Positions 22,844 through 33,952 of a stretch of DNA of 56,929 bases are shown here, piece after piece. Source of the stretch: Chromera velia (taxonomy: Eukaryota); contig JAHBMJ010000106.1 in the NCBI GenBank assembly GCA_018398765.1, positions 1 to 56,929 of the forward strand, given 5' to 3'. The notes beneath the pieces were generated by a model. The model was not told the DNA's origin. It searched no databases and worked only from the letters and a program-made list of their open reading frames with translations. Numbering within the stretch: position 1 is the stretch's first letter; each line of letters starts with the position of its first letter. The position numbers and the translations under genes were made by a program.

Positions 22844-25800
22844 GCGTGTGTGTGCGTGTGTGTGTTTCGGTGTGTGTATGTATGCACCAAGATGTGTGTA
22901 CGTGTATCTCATTTCCTCTCCATCAGCCGGTGAATCTTTGTTCGCTGTCCACCCCTGCGCCGTGCTTCATCGACCTTGAGGCGGCGTCTGTGTCTGTACT
23001 CCATGTGTTGTTTATTCTGTCTCTCTTCGGCATTACAAACACCACTCCTTCTGCGTGCAGGCCGAGGAGAAGTGCCGACTGGCTCCTCCACGCGGCAGGA
23101 CAGGAGAGGACCGAGGCTGCGTTCGTCGGGTTGAAGAATTTGGGCTGCACCTGCTACATGAACTCTCTGCTTCAACATATGTTTGCGCATCCAGGCTTCA
23201 GGCAGAGCATCATGAGGGCAGACGCGAAGAGGGCGGCGGTCGCACGAGTGCGGGAGAAGAATGAGGCAGTGACGCAAGCTAGTGTACAGGCTGCCCTGGA
23301 GAGATCCGTCCTTTTTCAGACGCAGGCGGTATTCGCGGCTCTCCGTGCGAGCGAGCGGCACTTCTTCTCTCCAAAAGGTCTCGTAGCGGCTCTTCGGGTC
23401 AGTCTGTTCGAATACAAAACGGCCGACTTTTTCTTACGAGCATCTTTCTGTCGAGCAGTTTTTTAGATGAAACACTTCTGAACCTCCTAACTTGATGCCC
23501 AAAATCGTGTTTTTCCCGTCTCACAACGAAACTAGCGGCCATGTCGGTTCTCTACAGTCGGCTGTCCGCAAATTTGGATGAGAAAAAAACGAATGGCCTT
23601 TTTGATTTGGACATGTTGAGGATTGACGCCACGAGGGCGGGCGATATTTGAGCTTCCTCTTCCCCCCCCCCCCCNNNNNNNNNNNNNNNNNNCCCCCCCC
23701 TTCCTGCAGGACTTTGACGGTCGGCCCATTGACCCCGTCTCCCAGATGGACGCCGACGAATTCTTCAACCTGTGGACAAACCAACTGGAGGAAGACCTCA
23801 AGAGGGGGGGTGCTCCACACGCAGGTGCCATTGCAAGACTGTTCTTTGGGGGGACGTTGGTGAATGAGCTCATCTGCAGGGATTGTCCGCATTCATCCAG
23901 CAGAGAAGATGACAGTATGGTCGCACAACTAGTGGTCGGTTCACTCACTCTTGTTTTTCTTCCTTCTTTCCCCTTCTCCATTTTGCCGATATTCTTTCTC
24001 CTGTTCTCTCGCATCGCCTGTCTGTTTGTGCACATCAGTGTGCAGGTCTGTCTGTTTCCTCCATTCTGCCGGCTCTCTTGTTATCTGTTTCGTGCCAAGA
24101 AACAACGTCAAATGAGGGAGGAACAAAACGGAGTCGGCTTGTTTGCTTTCTTTTCCTGATTGTCTGATCTCTGCAGGTCGCTGGCAAGACTACGTTGGTG
24201 GATTCTCTGGAAGCCTCAGTCGAGGGAGAGCTGCTGCAGGGGGACAACGCCTTCCATTGTCTTGAGTGTGACGCTCGAGTGACGACACTGAAGAGACAGT
24301 GTTTTGGCCGGTTGCCGGACACCCTCCTGCTCCAATTGAAGCGGTTCGAATTCGACTACGACGCCATGACAAAGTTCAAGGTCAGTCAGTCAGTCGCTCA
24401 TCAATCCATTGGACTTCTCGATCAGTGAGTGTCTTTCCAAGAAACCTTAATTCCCTTTCTGGAATGAAATATTCCTTCGCTTTCATCTTCTCATTTATTG
24501 CGCTTTCCGAGTTCCACAAGATTCTTCAAAAATTGCAACGAAATCCTTGTCTCAAGCTTCCCTCCACTTCCCTTCTGGCTTCCTTCCTTCCTGCACGCAC
24601 GCCTGCAGGTGAATGACTACCTCCAATTTCCATGCGTTTACTTTCATACAGATTTAATACCTGAAAAAGAATTCTGTATGAAAGAAAATGTATGAAAGTA
24701 CACGCACGCACGCCTGCAGGTGAATGACTACCTCCAATTTCCCACCGAGTTGGACATGAAGCCCTACACACGACAGGGTCTACACGAGGCAGAGGCAGAG
24801 CAGGGGAGGGCAAGGCCGTCGGGGGATTCTCAGTCCTTCGAGACCTTTCCGGATGAATACTTTCAGTACACCCTCAGGGGGGTGGTCATTCACGTAGGCA
24901 CAGCAGAGAGTGGCCACTACTATTCCCTTCTCCGTCTCCCTGCCGACAACTGCCATCTGGAGGATATCGACGAAGACTCTGCTCTCCTTGATCAGGCCCG
25001 ACGGAACCAGTCCAGCAGCCACAAACGCACAGCAGGGCCCTCTGAGCCGAGACCCCCCCCTCTCCATCTGAAGCTCTCCTCTCCTCTTTCAGGTGAGGAG
25101 GCAAACAGCAAACTTGAGCAGAACGGGGGCGACCCACTTCCCTTGTCCATCCGTCTCCCCCCCAGTCCTGGTGGCGTGGCAGAAGAAGAAGAAAGTGAGG
25201 ACTCAGCATCCGATTTGGAAGGCCCGGCTGGCTCAACGAATAAAAGGATCCCTCCTCTTCATTCCAGCAGCTCTTCTTCCTTTGTTGTGCCCCCAACCGG
25301 ATCCTCAGCCACCCCCATCGAATACAAGTGGTATCAGTTCAATGACACACTCGTGACGCCCTTCCGTCCAGAGGACATCCCTGCGGAAGCCTTCGGGTTC
25401 GTGGACCCCGGCCAGGGCCCCGGCATGCGCGCAGGGGGCCCTCAAAAGTCAAAGAGCAGGGGCGCCGCCGCGTCCTCCACCCTTCCAGGTCCCGCAAAGC
25501 CGAACGCCTCGGGTGGTCTGAGCAACTCAGGATGGGATTGCAGGAACAGGAACGCCTACATTCTCCTGTATGAGAGGAAGGTCAAATTTGGTCCTCAGGA
25601 CCTTAGCTCGGTCAAACGGCCTGAGGAGGCTGAGGGGAAAGAGGAAGAGAAAGCAAAGCCAGCAGAAGAAGCACATCCCCAAGGCTCCCCCCGGCATGTG
25701 GCTGAGCAGAGAGACGGTGGGAGTGCACCGTCACTGGAGGAGACGGAGAAAGGTGCCGTCGAGCCATCTGCCCTCACAGGCGCGCTTCCTCTTTCCCCCC

Positions 25801-28800
25801 TCGATGCCTCAGCTTCATCCTCTTCTAAGAGACCCCATGCTGCTGCTCTTGCAGACAGAGAAGCGTCAGCACGGGCTGAGGGCAAAGCAGCCGCCGCTCT
25901 TCCTCCTCGCTCCTCTGATGACTTGGTTGACTCCGCAACTAAGGAAGAGAAAGAAAAGGGAACAGAACCAGAAGGGGAGCAACGACGCCGTGCCTCATCT
26001 CTTGACGTCATTGCGGGTGAGGCGGGTGCCCTGGGTGTGCATGGAGGGGCGGCGCTTGGGGGGTCGGCAGCCCGCCAGGAGTCCCTGGTGGCGGCGGCAA
26101 ATGAACGTCTCTGGGCGACACGCAGTCTGTTTGCTTCTGACTTTGCAGACTTCGTCTGGTTGCTTGCGGTCAACCACCTGTGCTCCCCTCTGACTACCCA
26201 ATTCCCCCCAATGCCCCCCGTGGCGACGGCATCGGGGTTTCTCTCTTCCGCCACCGCCTCCGGACTTCCACGAAGGGACTACGAGGCGCCGCAATTAAAG
26301 GGCGGGCAGCTGAAACGAACGCTTCGGGGGTTTCTCCCGGTCCCCGCTGGTTCAGATGAAGAGTCAAAGCAGCAGCATGACCGGGCATCCCCTGCCCTCC
26401 TGGGCGCCCTTTGCGAAGTTGTCTTTCGATTGGTTGCGTCTGTAGTTCTCCGATCTCGAGGAAAACAGAGACTGCCTGATTGGCTCTCATTGTTGGGATG
26501 TCTCGCTGAGCGATCTGACCTCGCAGGTATCGCCGTGTGGGAGAGAGAAGAGAGCAAGCGAGCCAAATTGGCGCTTTCGAGTGGGGGTGATCCTTCTGCA
26601 GGGTCCTTGAGCCTTCCTCTTGGTCAGGCGTCTCCGCCGTTTCCTTGCGGCTTCTCTTTTTGGTTTCTCAGGAGGTTCATTGAGGAACCCGAGGCAGTGT
26701 TCTCGGTCTTGGCTGAGGCACCGGCAAAGGACGAAGGGGCACGCGGAGTGTTTCTCCGTCTCCTTTCGTCGTCTCTTCAGTGGGTCCACCCGTTTCTCCT
26801 GGGAAGTTTGGGGGGGGAAGTGAAGGAGGGGGAGAGAGAGAGCCCGGGAAGGACATTCCTCTCTGTTTGCTGGCGTTCCATTCTGATGATGTTGAAGAAA
26901 TCGAGAGAGCGCCTGTTTGCGGCAGGGGGCAATGTGGGGGGTGTGAGGGATGATGAGGAAGACGTGGATATGGACGTCGGGGGTGAGACTGTCAGGGGTG
27001 CCTCTGGGGACAAGATGAATCATGTGGAGACTGGACTGGCGGCTGTGGCAGAGGCAGCGTTTGAATTTGTTGCTTTGGGGTATGAAGCTGCCTCCATTGC
27101 GGCGAGGGAGGGGGGGCTGATGGTGGTCAGTGCTTCCTTTTGCTCTCTCTGCCCATGCATGTGTTTGGATGCCTGCGTGATTTTTCGTCTTTTTCTCTTT
27201 TGTTCCTCGACATGCCTTCTGTGTCTCTCTCTTTTGTTTTTCTTTCTACCTGTCTCTCTCTCAACGCTGTTTTACCTTCACAGGTTTGGCGAGGGTCTCA
27301 TGTCGTTTTTGCTTTCAGACAACTCAAAAATTATGTCTCACCTTCTTTGCAGGCTCTCGAACTCATCTTCGGTCAACAGCACCTCCTCTCAATCGTTGCT
27401 GACGACAGTCCACGACCGAAGAAAAAGAAGACCAAGGGGAAAGGCAAAAAATCGGGTGCAGGCAAAGCCCCCCCCTCTCCCGTCCCACAGGCATTGCAGG
27501 AGAGGGACATCTCTCCAACTGCGCGCTCCCACCGCTCGATGAGTCCGCTGACAAATCCAGCCCGTTCTGTTTCCACTCACCTTAACGTTTCGTGTACACA
27601 ATTTCTTGAGGTTGCCCGTGCCAGACAGTCTCTAGAAGAACGACAGGGATGGACGCGCACACGTCCCTGGCTTTCTCTCCTCGAGGCCGGGGTCCCTTTT
27701 GATCCCCTGACAGCGGAGGGGTCCGCAGAGGGCCCAGCGTCGTCATGTGAGGAGACGCCCGCTACGTCAGGTCGAGGAGGGATATGCCGGGGTCCTGTGC
27801 CTCAAGCCCCCCTCTTCAACCTTCCGAGGTCCCACCCCTGCTACAGCTCGCTGAGTGCCTTGGCTTTGGAGTTGTCTCTGCCTGCCCCGCGCGCTGTCGC
27901 AGAGAAGGAGAAGGAGGCGCATGAAGAAGTGGAGGGTCAAGCGAAGGGCAGCGGGCCCGCGCATAAGCCGGAAGAGCCAGACGCCAAAGCAATTCAAGAG
28001 ATCCCTGCACAACCAGAGGGAAGCACAGTGCAGAACGGCCAGAAAGAGACGCTCCCCCTGAAGGAGGAGGAGGAGGGGGCACAGCCAGAGGGTAGAGGGC
28101 GTCTGCCCTCCTCTCCGCCCGCGCCGCCACAGTCCCCTCCAGATTCGCAACGAGTCGCACAACGGCTTGCGGTTTTGCCCTCCGTACAACCTGCGGCTCT
28201 TCTCTTTGATGGAGGAGGTGAAGGGGGGACCTCAGGGTGGTCTGATTCTCAAGGGGAGGAGCCCGACCGTTCCCGTGACTTGAGTTTTGTCTTTGGGATG
28301 GTGGCATTGATGCTGAAGGCGATGATGTGGGGGCCTCAGAGCAGAGACTGCAAGACCGTGACTGAAGTCATTCAAGGTCGGTTCGATCGATGGAGAGACG
28401 GGGGGTGCCTGTGCCTTCCTTTTGTGGTATCCCTCCCATCCATCATTCAATCGACTGCCCTTCTCTCCATTCTTTCTCAACGCTGGACGTGTCGATAAGA
28501 GGCTGTGAGAGGATTTGTTTGTTTTTGTTCTTTTTTTTTGTTGCATTCCAATGGTCACTGAGCCGGCATAAGGCTCGGCAAAGAGGGGCTTCCTTGCGAA
28601 TACCGTCGTGTGCGCTCGAGACTCTGTGTATGCGTCCCGGGGATTGCTTATCTTTCTGTAATCATGCTGTGTTCCGTCCTAGCTCATCGGGACCTTTTGA
28701 GTCTATCAAACGCCCCGATTGCTGATTCTTTTTTTGTCATTCGTTCTCTTCTGGTTCTGATTCGTTCTCTTCTGTTTTTCTCTCACCGCTTCTCCTGCAG

Positions 28801-31800
28801 AGATCCGAAAAGAGGATGCAACTCTGCGGGAAGAGAACGGACAAAGGGGGAGAGGGGAAGAGACTTGTGGAGAGTCGGAGGGGAAGATTCCGTCTCAGGG
28901 CGTAGGCGAAAATGCAGAGAAAGAGAAAGCGGGAGGACCCAACAGCAGTGCGGCAACAGCAGCGGCCCCACCCTCACCCCCGACGTCCGTCACTTCCTCT
29001 CCTGCTCTTCTTCCCCTGTCTGCCTCCAGCCTGTTGCAAGCACTGCAACCTCTGGGTACATCGGCTTTTGTGCACAGCCTCATCAGGGCTGTCGCGTTCG
29101 GAAGGCCGGGGACACGGCCGGAGTCTGCCCTTGGCCTGACGATGTGTGGTGCCCTTGGTCCCTCAGGTCTTTCCCTTTCCCTGTCTCTCCAAGGAGGGGG
29201 GGACTTTCGAGAAGGAGAGGGGGAGCTGAGGAGTCTGACTGAGGGAGGGAGGCTGGCAAGGGCAGCGGGAAGCGTGCTTCAGTGCCTCTGCTGGCAAGAC
29301 AATGATATGTCAGAGGTGAGTGGGTGGGTTGGATTGGATTGGGAATACGGGGCAAATTTAGAATGTGACCGTCTCCGTGCATGCATGTTGCACACGTGCT
29401 TGTGCTGTTTTTTTTTGTTTTCTAAATTGCATGCCTTCGTGTTGTTGTCTGAATATCATTCTCCAGCGCGTTCTCTCTTTTTATCCCGCAGCCAGGCAGA
29501 CAAACGCTTTCGTGGATTCTTTCCCGCTTCGTACATTTTTTGCTTCTGTGCATGCCGAATGTCGCAGATGGTCCTCTCACTGCTTGTTCAGTACGTGAGC
29601 CAACTAGACGCGGTACCTCTCCGGAACGTGATTGGCCTCTTCCCTCCACTGATCGAACTGGACGCTGGAGGAGGGGGGGGAGCAGGGGTACATGGGGGAC
29701 CGGAGCCCCACCCCCGGCTGTTCCATCTAATCGCCCTCTTGGCGGCGGCCCTTCGTGACAGCAGCCAGTGCATCCGTCCCACACTCATCGGCCTGCGCGC
29801 CCTGCTGCTCGAGTGGGCGAAAAAATACCCCGACATTGCCAGGTGAGCTCAGAGGGGGGATAGATCGGCGTGGGTTGCTGATAGGAGGGGGGACGAAGAT
29901 GTGCTCAGTTGCAAACAGGGAAGTGAAAAAATTGGACGAAATCAATCCGGTTGTGTATAGATAGATCCACAGTCTTTGGCTGCTTATTCGGGTCCCTTTC
30001 CTCTTTTTCGGTTTCTTTCCTCTTTTATGATGAAGTTCCTTATTTGTTTTTACACTTTCCAATCAGGACAACACTTTGTTTGATCCCCTTCGTGCATGCA
30101 TGGCATGCAGGTGTCTGCGTCTGAGTTCATCCGGGTCGGCTTCTCGGGCCGCAGGTGGAGGGAACAGTCCTCCTGCTCCTCTTCGGTGGGTTGAAGCGTG
30201 GTTGAAGGAACTGCAGTCTCTGACCAGCCAGGTCCAGGCAGTGGTTGCGTCTCAGGCCCCGTCAGCAATCGCTCAAGCACATGCTGCGTCTCTCCAGAAA
30301 GGCTTTGGGGGCGGCGGGTTCGCATTTGGGGGCGGGATGGGAATGACGTCCTCCCCTGCTCAGAGAACAGACAAGGCATGGCAGAGACCATTGGCGATGC
30401 CTAGGGGTGGAAAAGGTCAGACTCCTGCGGCTCCAGACAATGTGGTGAGTCTGCACAGGAACCTGAATGAGTCCCTTTTGTCCTTAGTGACGGATTTGTT
30501 GAATGCATTTAGGAGACACTGTACAGAATCAGGGACTGCACGTGCGGCGGCGGGCGGTGGGCAGGGAAATGCGGCGTCGGGCACTGGCACGAGTCAGACC
30601 GGAGGGGAGCGACAGGCTTACCCTTTTATTGCGCCCACAATGACAGGTCCCCCCTTGCAGCCCCTCTATGCCCCCCCTCCTGCCTCCTCCTCAAGGGAAG
30701 GTTCCTCAGGTTCGGCAGTGCCTCTCGCCACCACCTTTGCGGCGGCGGTAGGGGGGGCACAGACAGGAGCGGCATCTGCCTTTGTCGACGCCCCCCCTTT
30801 GAAGGATTTCTCGGCAGACCGCGCTGTGGCAGTACGGCCAGTGCGTGCGGGGGATCGGGTATGGATTCGCACCCCTTTTCCGGTCTGTGCACCCCCGTCA
30901 GATTCCTCGAGTGGAGATTCATCAGGCGTGATCGTTCCGGGCCCCGCGGCAGCGGCCGTGGCGGCCGGAGGTGGGCCTGCAGGTGACCACTCTGAGGCTG
31001 CTGCGGCGGCGGTTGGGCTTTCGGGAAGTAGCGTTGCGGGTGCCGCATCTCTTACTCTTTCTTCCGTAATGCAAATGGTTGCCGGGGCCTCTGGCGGTGG
31101 AGCGGGAGGTGGAGTGCCCGCCGGGGCCCCTGGGTCCGGAGGGGGCGGCAGGGGGCCTGGAGGAGGGCCAGGTGGAGGTGGAGGCGGGTCACAAGGGGTG
31201 GCGGCGGGCAGGGGCCAGGGGGGTGCTTACCTCGGATCAGCAACACATGCGGGTGTGTATTTGAGATGGACATCCGGGATGATTACTGCGCGTGTTGCGC
31301 GATTCGGGACATGGTGGGAGCGTTTGTGGGGGGGTGGAGAGGACGGAGGCGGGGGGAGAGCGAGGGAGAGAGAGGGAAGTTTTACATCTGGTCAGCAGCT
31401 CTCACCATCAGGGTCGGCTGGGTCGGGCTCGGCGTTTGTTGGCGTAGCTGCTGATGGAAGAGGAAAAGGGACGGGGGGACGGAAACCGACACAGCGACAG
31501 AAACGGTCCGGCAGCGCTAGTGGGGAGCGTGGAGGTGGTTCTGCTGTGTGTTCTTCTTCTTTTGGGTTCTCTGAGGGTCCGTCTAGTTGTCTTGGAGGTC
31601 CTTTTGAGTTGAACGAGCAGCAGTCCTTATGGACTCATCAGAGCTCTCAAGTGGAGGACTGGGGGACTACGTCGGGGAGCCAGAGGGCATTGCCGAGGGA
31701 GGTACGTGGGTTTGTCTGTTCAATTGTTGAGAGAATTAATTTGAACGGAAAGAAAGGGAGGGGGGGGGCACATGCCGTAAGATTGAAGGTGCGCACGGGG

Positions 31801-32158
31801 GAAGAAAGATAAGAAGAAAAGAGAAGGAGGACGAGGGGAACGATCAAGGGAAAGGACTAAAGAAAAGGAAGGAAGCAGAAAAAACAATAGAGAAATCATA
31901 AGAAGGAAAGAGATACAGAAAGAGAGGATAACAGTATTTTGTGTCCGTGCCCCTTCCCGCTAATCTCTCCATTAGATCTCAAACAAACAAATCTTCTTGC
32001 ATGTCTTTCGCCTGCTGTGGCATGATGTCTGAAATGACTGCATGCAGGTGACGGTGCGTCCCGACGGTTTCCCTTCTCGCTTTGATCTCACTGTCGCGGC
32101 AGATCTTCACACCATCGGCACCTCGACTCTCTCTGGATGTCTGATACAAGACCTCTAG
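8869..32158 (+). CDS. Very large multi-exon ubiquitin carboxyl-terminal hydrolase (peptidase C19), USP9X/USP24/USP34-like
   Basis: Cys box FVGLKNLGCTCYMNSLLQ (Cys codon 23152-23154), QMDADEFFN, GDNAFHCLEC, LQLKRFEFDY..KFK|VNDYLQFPTELDMKPYT, His box LRGVVIHVGTAESGHYYS (His 24915-24917), WYQFND, NAYILLYER. Long exon ORFs at 14410-17003, ~18970-21110, 24720-~27125 and 30110-31701. First exons 8869-8958, 9186-9278, 9504-9555; last exon 32048-32158 (TAG). Several internal exon boundaries are unresolved. Confidence 0.88.
12268..13064. repeat. Intronic (CG)n followed by a very long (TG)n/(TGTA) microsatellite; contains assembly gap 12897-12995
   Basis: Directly visible; explains the spurious CVCV/THTH ORFs. 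Confidence 0.97.
16915..17835 (+). other. Ubiquitin-like domain of the USP, split over three exons
   Basis: Spliced reading VTLYVSRK...ITLSTGSTI|GELRDRVASAYESRSLMTSLYTSR|GNHFIDTDNDSMTIAECRIPTALHASV resembles the Ubl domain of USP9X/USP24 (recalled pattern T-I-G-x-x-R...G-x-x-I...D...I). Confidence 0.55.
23122..25580 (+). other. USP catalytic domain (Cys/His/Asp triad intact), four exons
   Basis: All canonical USP boxes are present in order across exons starting at 23061, 23710, 24177 and 24720. Confidence 0.93.
24593..24742 (+). repeat. 39-bp direct duplication of a splice acceptor plus exon start, copies 111 bp apart
   Basis: GCACGCACGCCTGCAGGTGAATGACTACCTCCAATTTCC at 24593-24631 and 24704-24742. 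Confidence 0.95.
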
Positions 32159-32878
32159 CGATGGATTGATGCTCAACAATCTGCCAGACTCGGACTGTCA
32201 CTGTCGTTGCCTGGAGCATTCATCAAGTGCTGACTGAGCATGCTCGACATTGTTCGTCACATTGTTTGAGTTCTAGCTCCAAATAAAATGAGAGCACTGA
32301 AAGAACCAAATCTTTTGTTAAGCTAGTAATTTAAGTTGATTTGGGTGAATTAATTGAACTAAGAATTTAACTTGAAGTTATAATATCATCATCATCATAC
32401 GCGTATAATAGGAAGATAAAAAATGGAAAGCCTGAGTGAATGAAATCATCATGATGGTAAAGGATTTACGTCCGGCCAGGGCAGAAAGCGGTATACCACA
32501 TTGTAGGCTCATTGCTGACAGAGCCTGTATTGGCCTAAATCCTTCTTTATAACTTCATTCAGTGACATTCACTTTCCGTCTCTTAGGGTGCTGACCTTTA
32601 ACTTGAATGACACTTTAAAAAGTTGTTCCAAATTGCTACTAAGCCACTGTTTGAGTCTGCTTTTGTCTGTCTACCCTCTCTGATCGAACTAAAATGTTGG
32701 TCATACGCTGTTAGCAACTTGGCAAAGAGTGGTATAGAACAACCTCGCCAACAACCCGGGGCCGGGAGCTCTAGCGGGGCTCATGCTAGGGCTTATGACG
32801 TGTGCGCCTTGCTAGTAGCTACTAACTAGTAGTGCGTACTACCGACATTGGTCCAATAAAGTCTACCATGCATGCATG

Positions 32879-33350
32879 TAGTGACCAGATTTGATTTGAT
32901 AGGATTTGATTTGATTTAATTTGATTTGATTTGATTTGAGATTCAAGCTCAAATCTGACCAGATTTGAGGTAGATTTGAGGTTGAAGTCTAGAGGTCACT
33001 CTCGATAACACTGAAGACGACTTGACATAGTCAACACCACTAGCAAATCCTAGAAAGCCTTAAAAACAAGAAAATTACTAAAAACTAGCTTTTGGGCGTT
33101 CATATTCATCTTCATAAAACCGATGAAAGAATCTTTTTATAATTTTTTTTTTTTTATGCCCAAAAAAATGCGAAAACTCATTTGAGAGACTACATGACGG
33201 ATTGACCTTGATGGAAGATTTGAGGTTAAAAGGTTAGATTTAAAGTAGATTTGATCAGATTTGATAAGCCCTATCATACTAAAGTTTCTCAAGCCTAATA
33301 TTTGATTTGAGATTAAGCCCTACTTTAAATCAAATCAAATCTGGTCACTA
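32879..33350. mobile_element. MITE / non-autonomous hAT-like element, 472 bp
   Basis: 22-bp perfect TIR TAGTGACCAGATTTGATTTGAT (32879-32900; reverse complement at 33329-33350); 8-bp flanking repeat CATGCATG at 32871-32878 and 33351-33358; many subterminal GATTT(GA) repeats. Confidence 0.88.
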
Positions 33351-33952
33351 CATGCATGATGCAAGTGATAACTGATGTATAGATATTTCAAAAACTCGGT
33401 TCAATTTGCTAGTATATAATCGCTGTGAAGTTCATAGAAGTTAGTGGTAAAATACAAAAAACCTATGATACATAACAGTACTATTTAATTCACAGTTGAT
33501 GTATCATGTTGAATTCTTCAAATTAAAAATTGTTCTCCACGTCATTTATGAATTCATATTTAAAATAAAAACTTTCAGTTTCAAGGTTACAGGTATTTTT
33601 TGAAGGGTAGTGAAGCCTCAGGCTTTCATTGTTGAATGAGATGTTGGCATCAACCAACTGATTCTCTTCCTCTCTGTGCATATACTCTAAGGCACCTGTA
33701 AAATCTGTTGAGCGCAGGCCGGCTTCTAATATTTTCCAATGAAAAAAGTACAGGTTATAATGGGGGTGTTCGAGAGCCGGAGAAGAAACCTTGAGGCTTG
33801 AGGCACAGCCGATTGCCACTCCTCAGCCATTACGACAGCCATTCATCTCCACCTCGCTGGTCATATTACCCTGATACCCCCCTTCACGCCTACTCCCAGG
33901 CGCAATTGAAGTGGCCCTACAGAGGGTCAAAGTTGAGGGAATTAACTTGTTG

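Noticed and set aside
33523..33819. 98-aa minus-strand ORF
   Set aside because: Short, non-ATG start, AT-rich, no splice context or recognisable motif.
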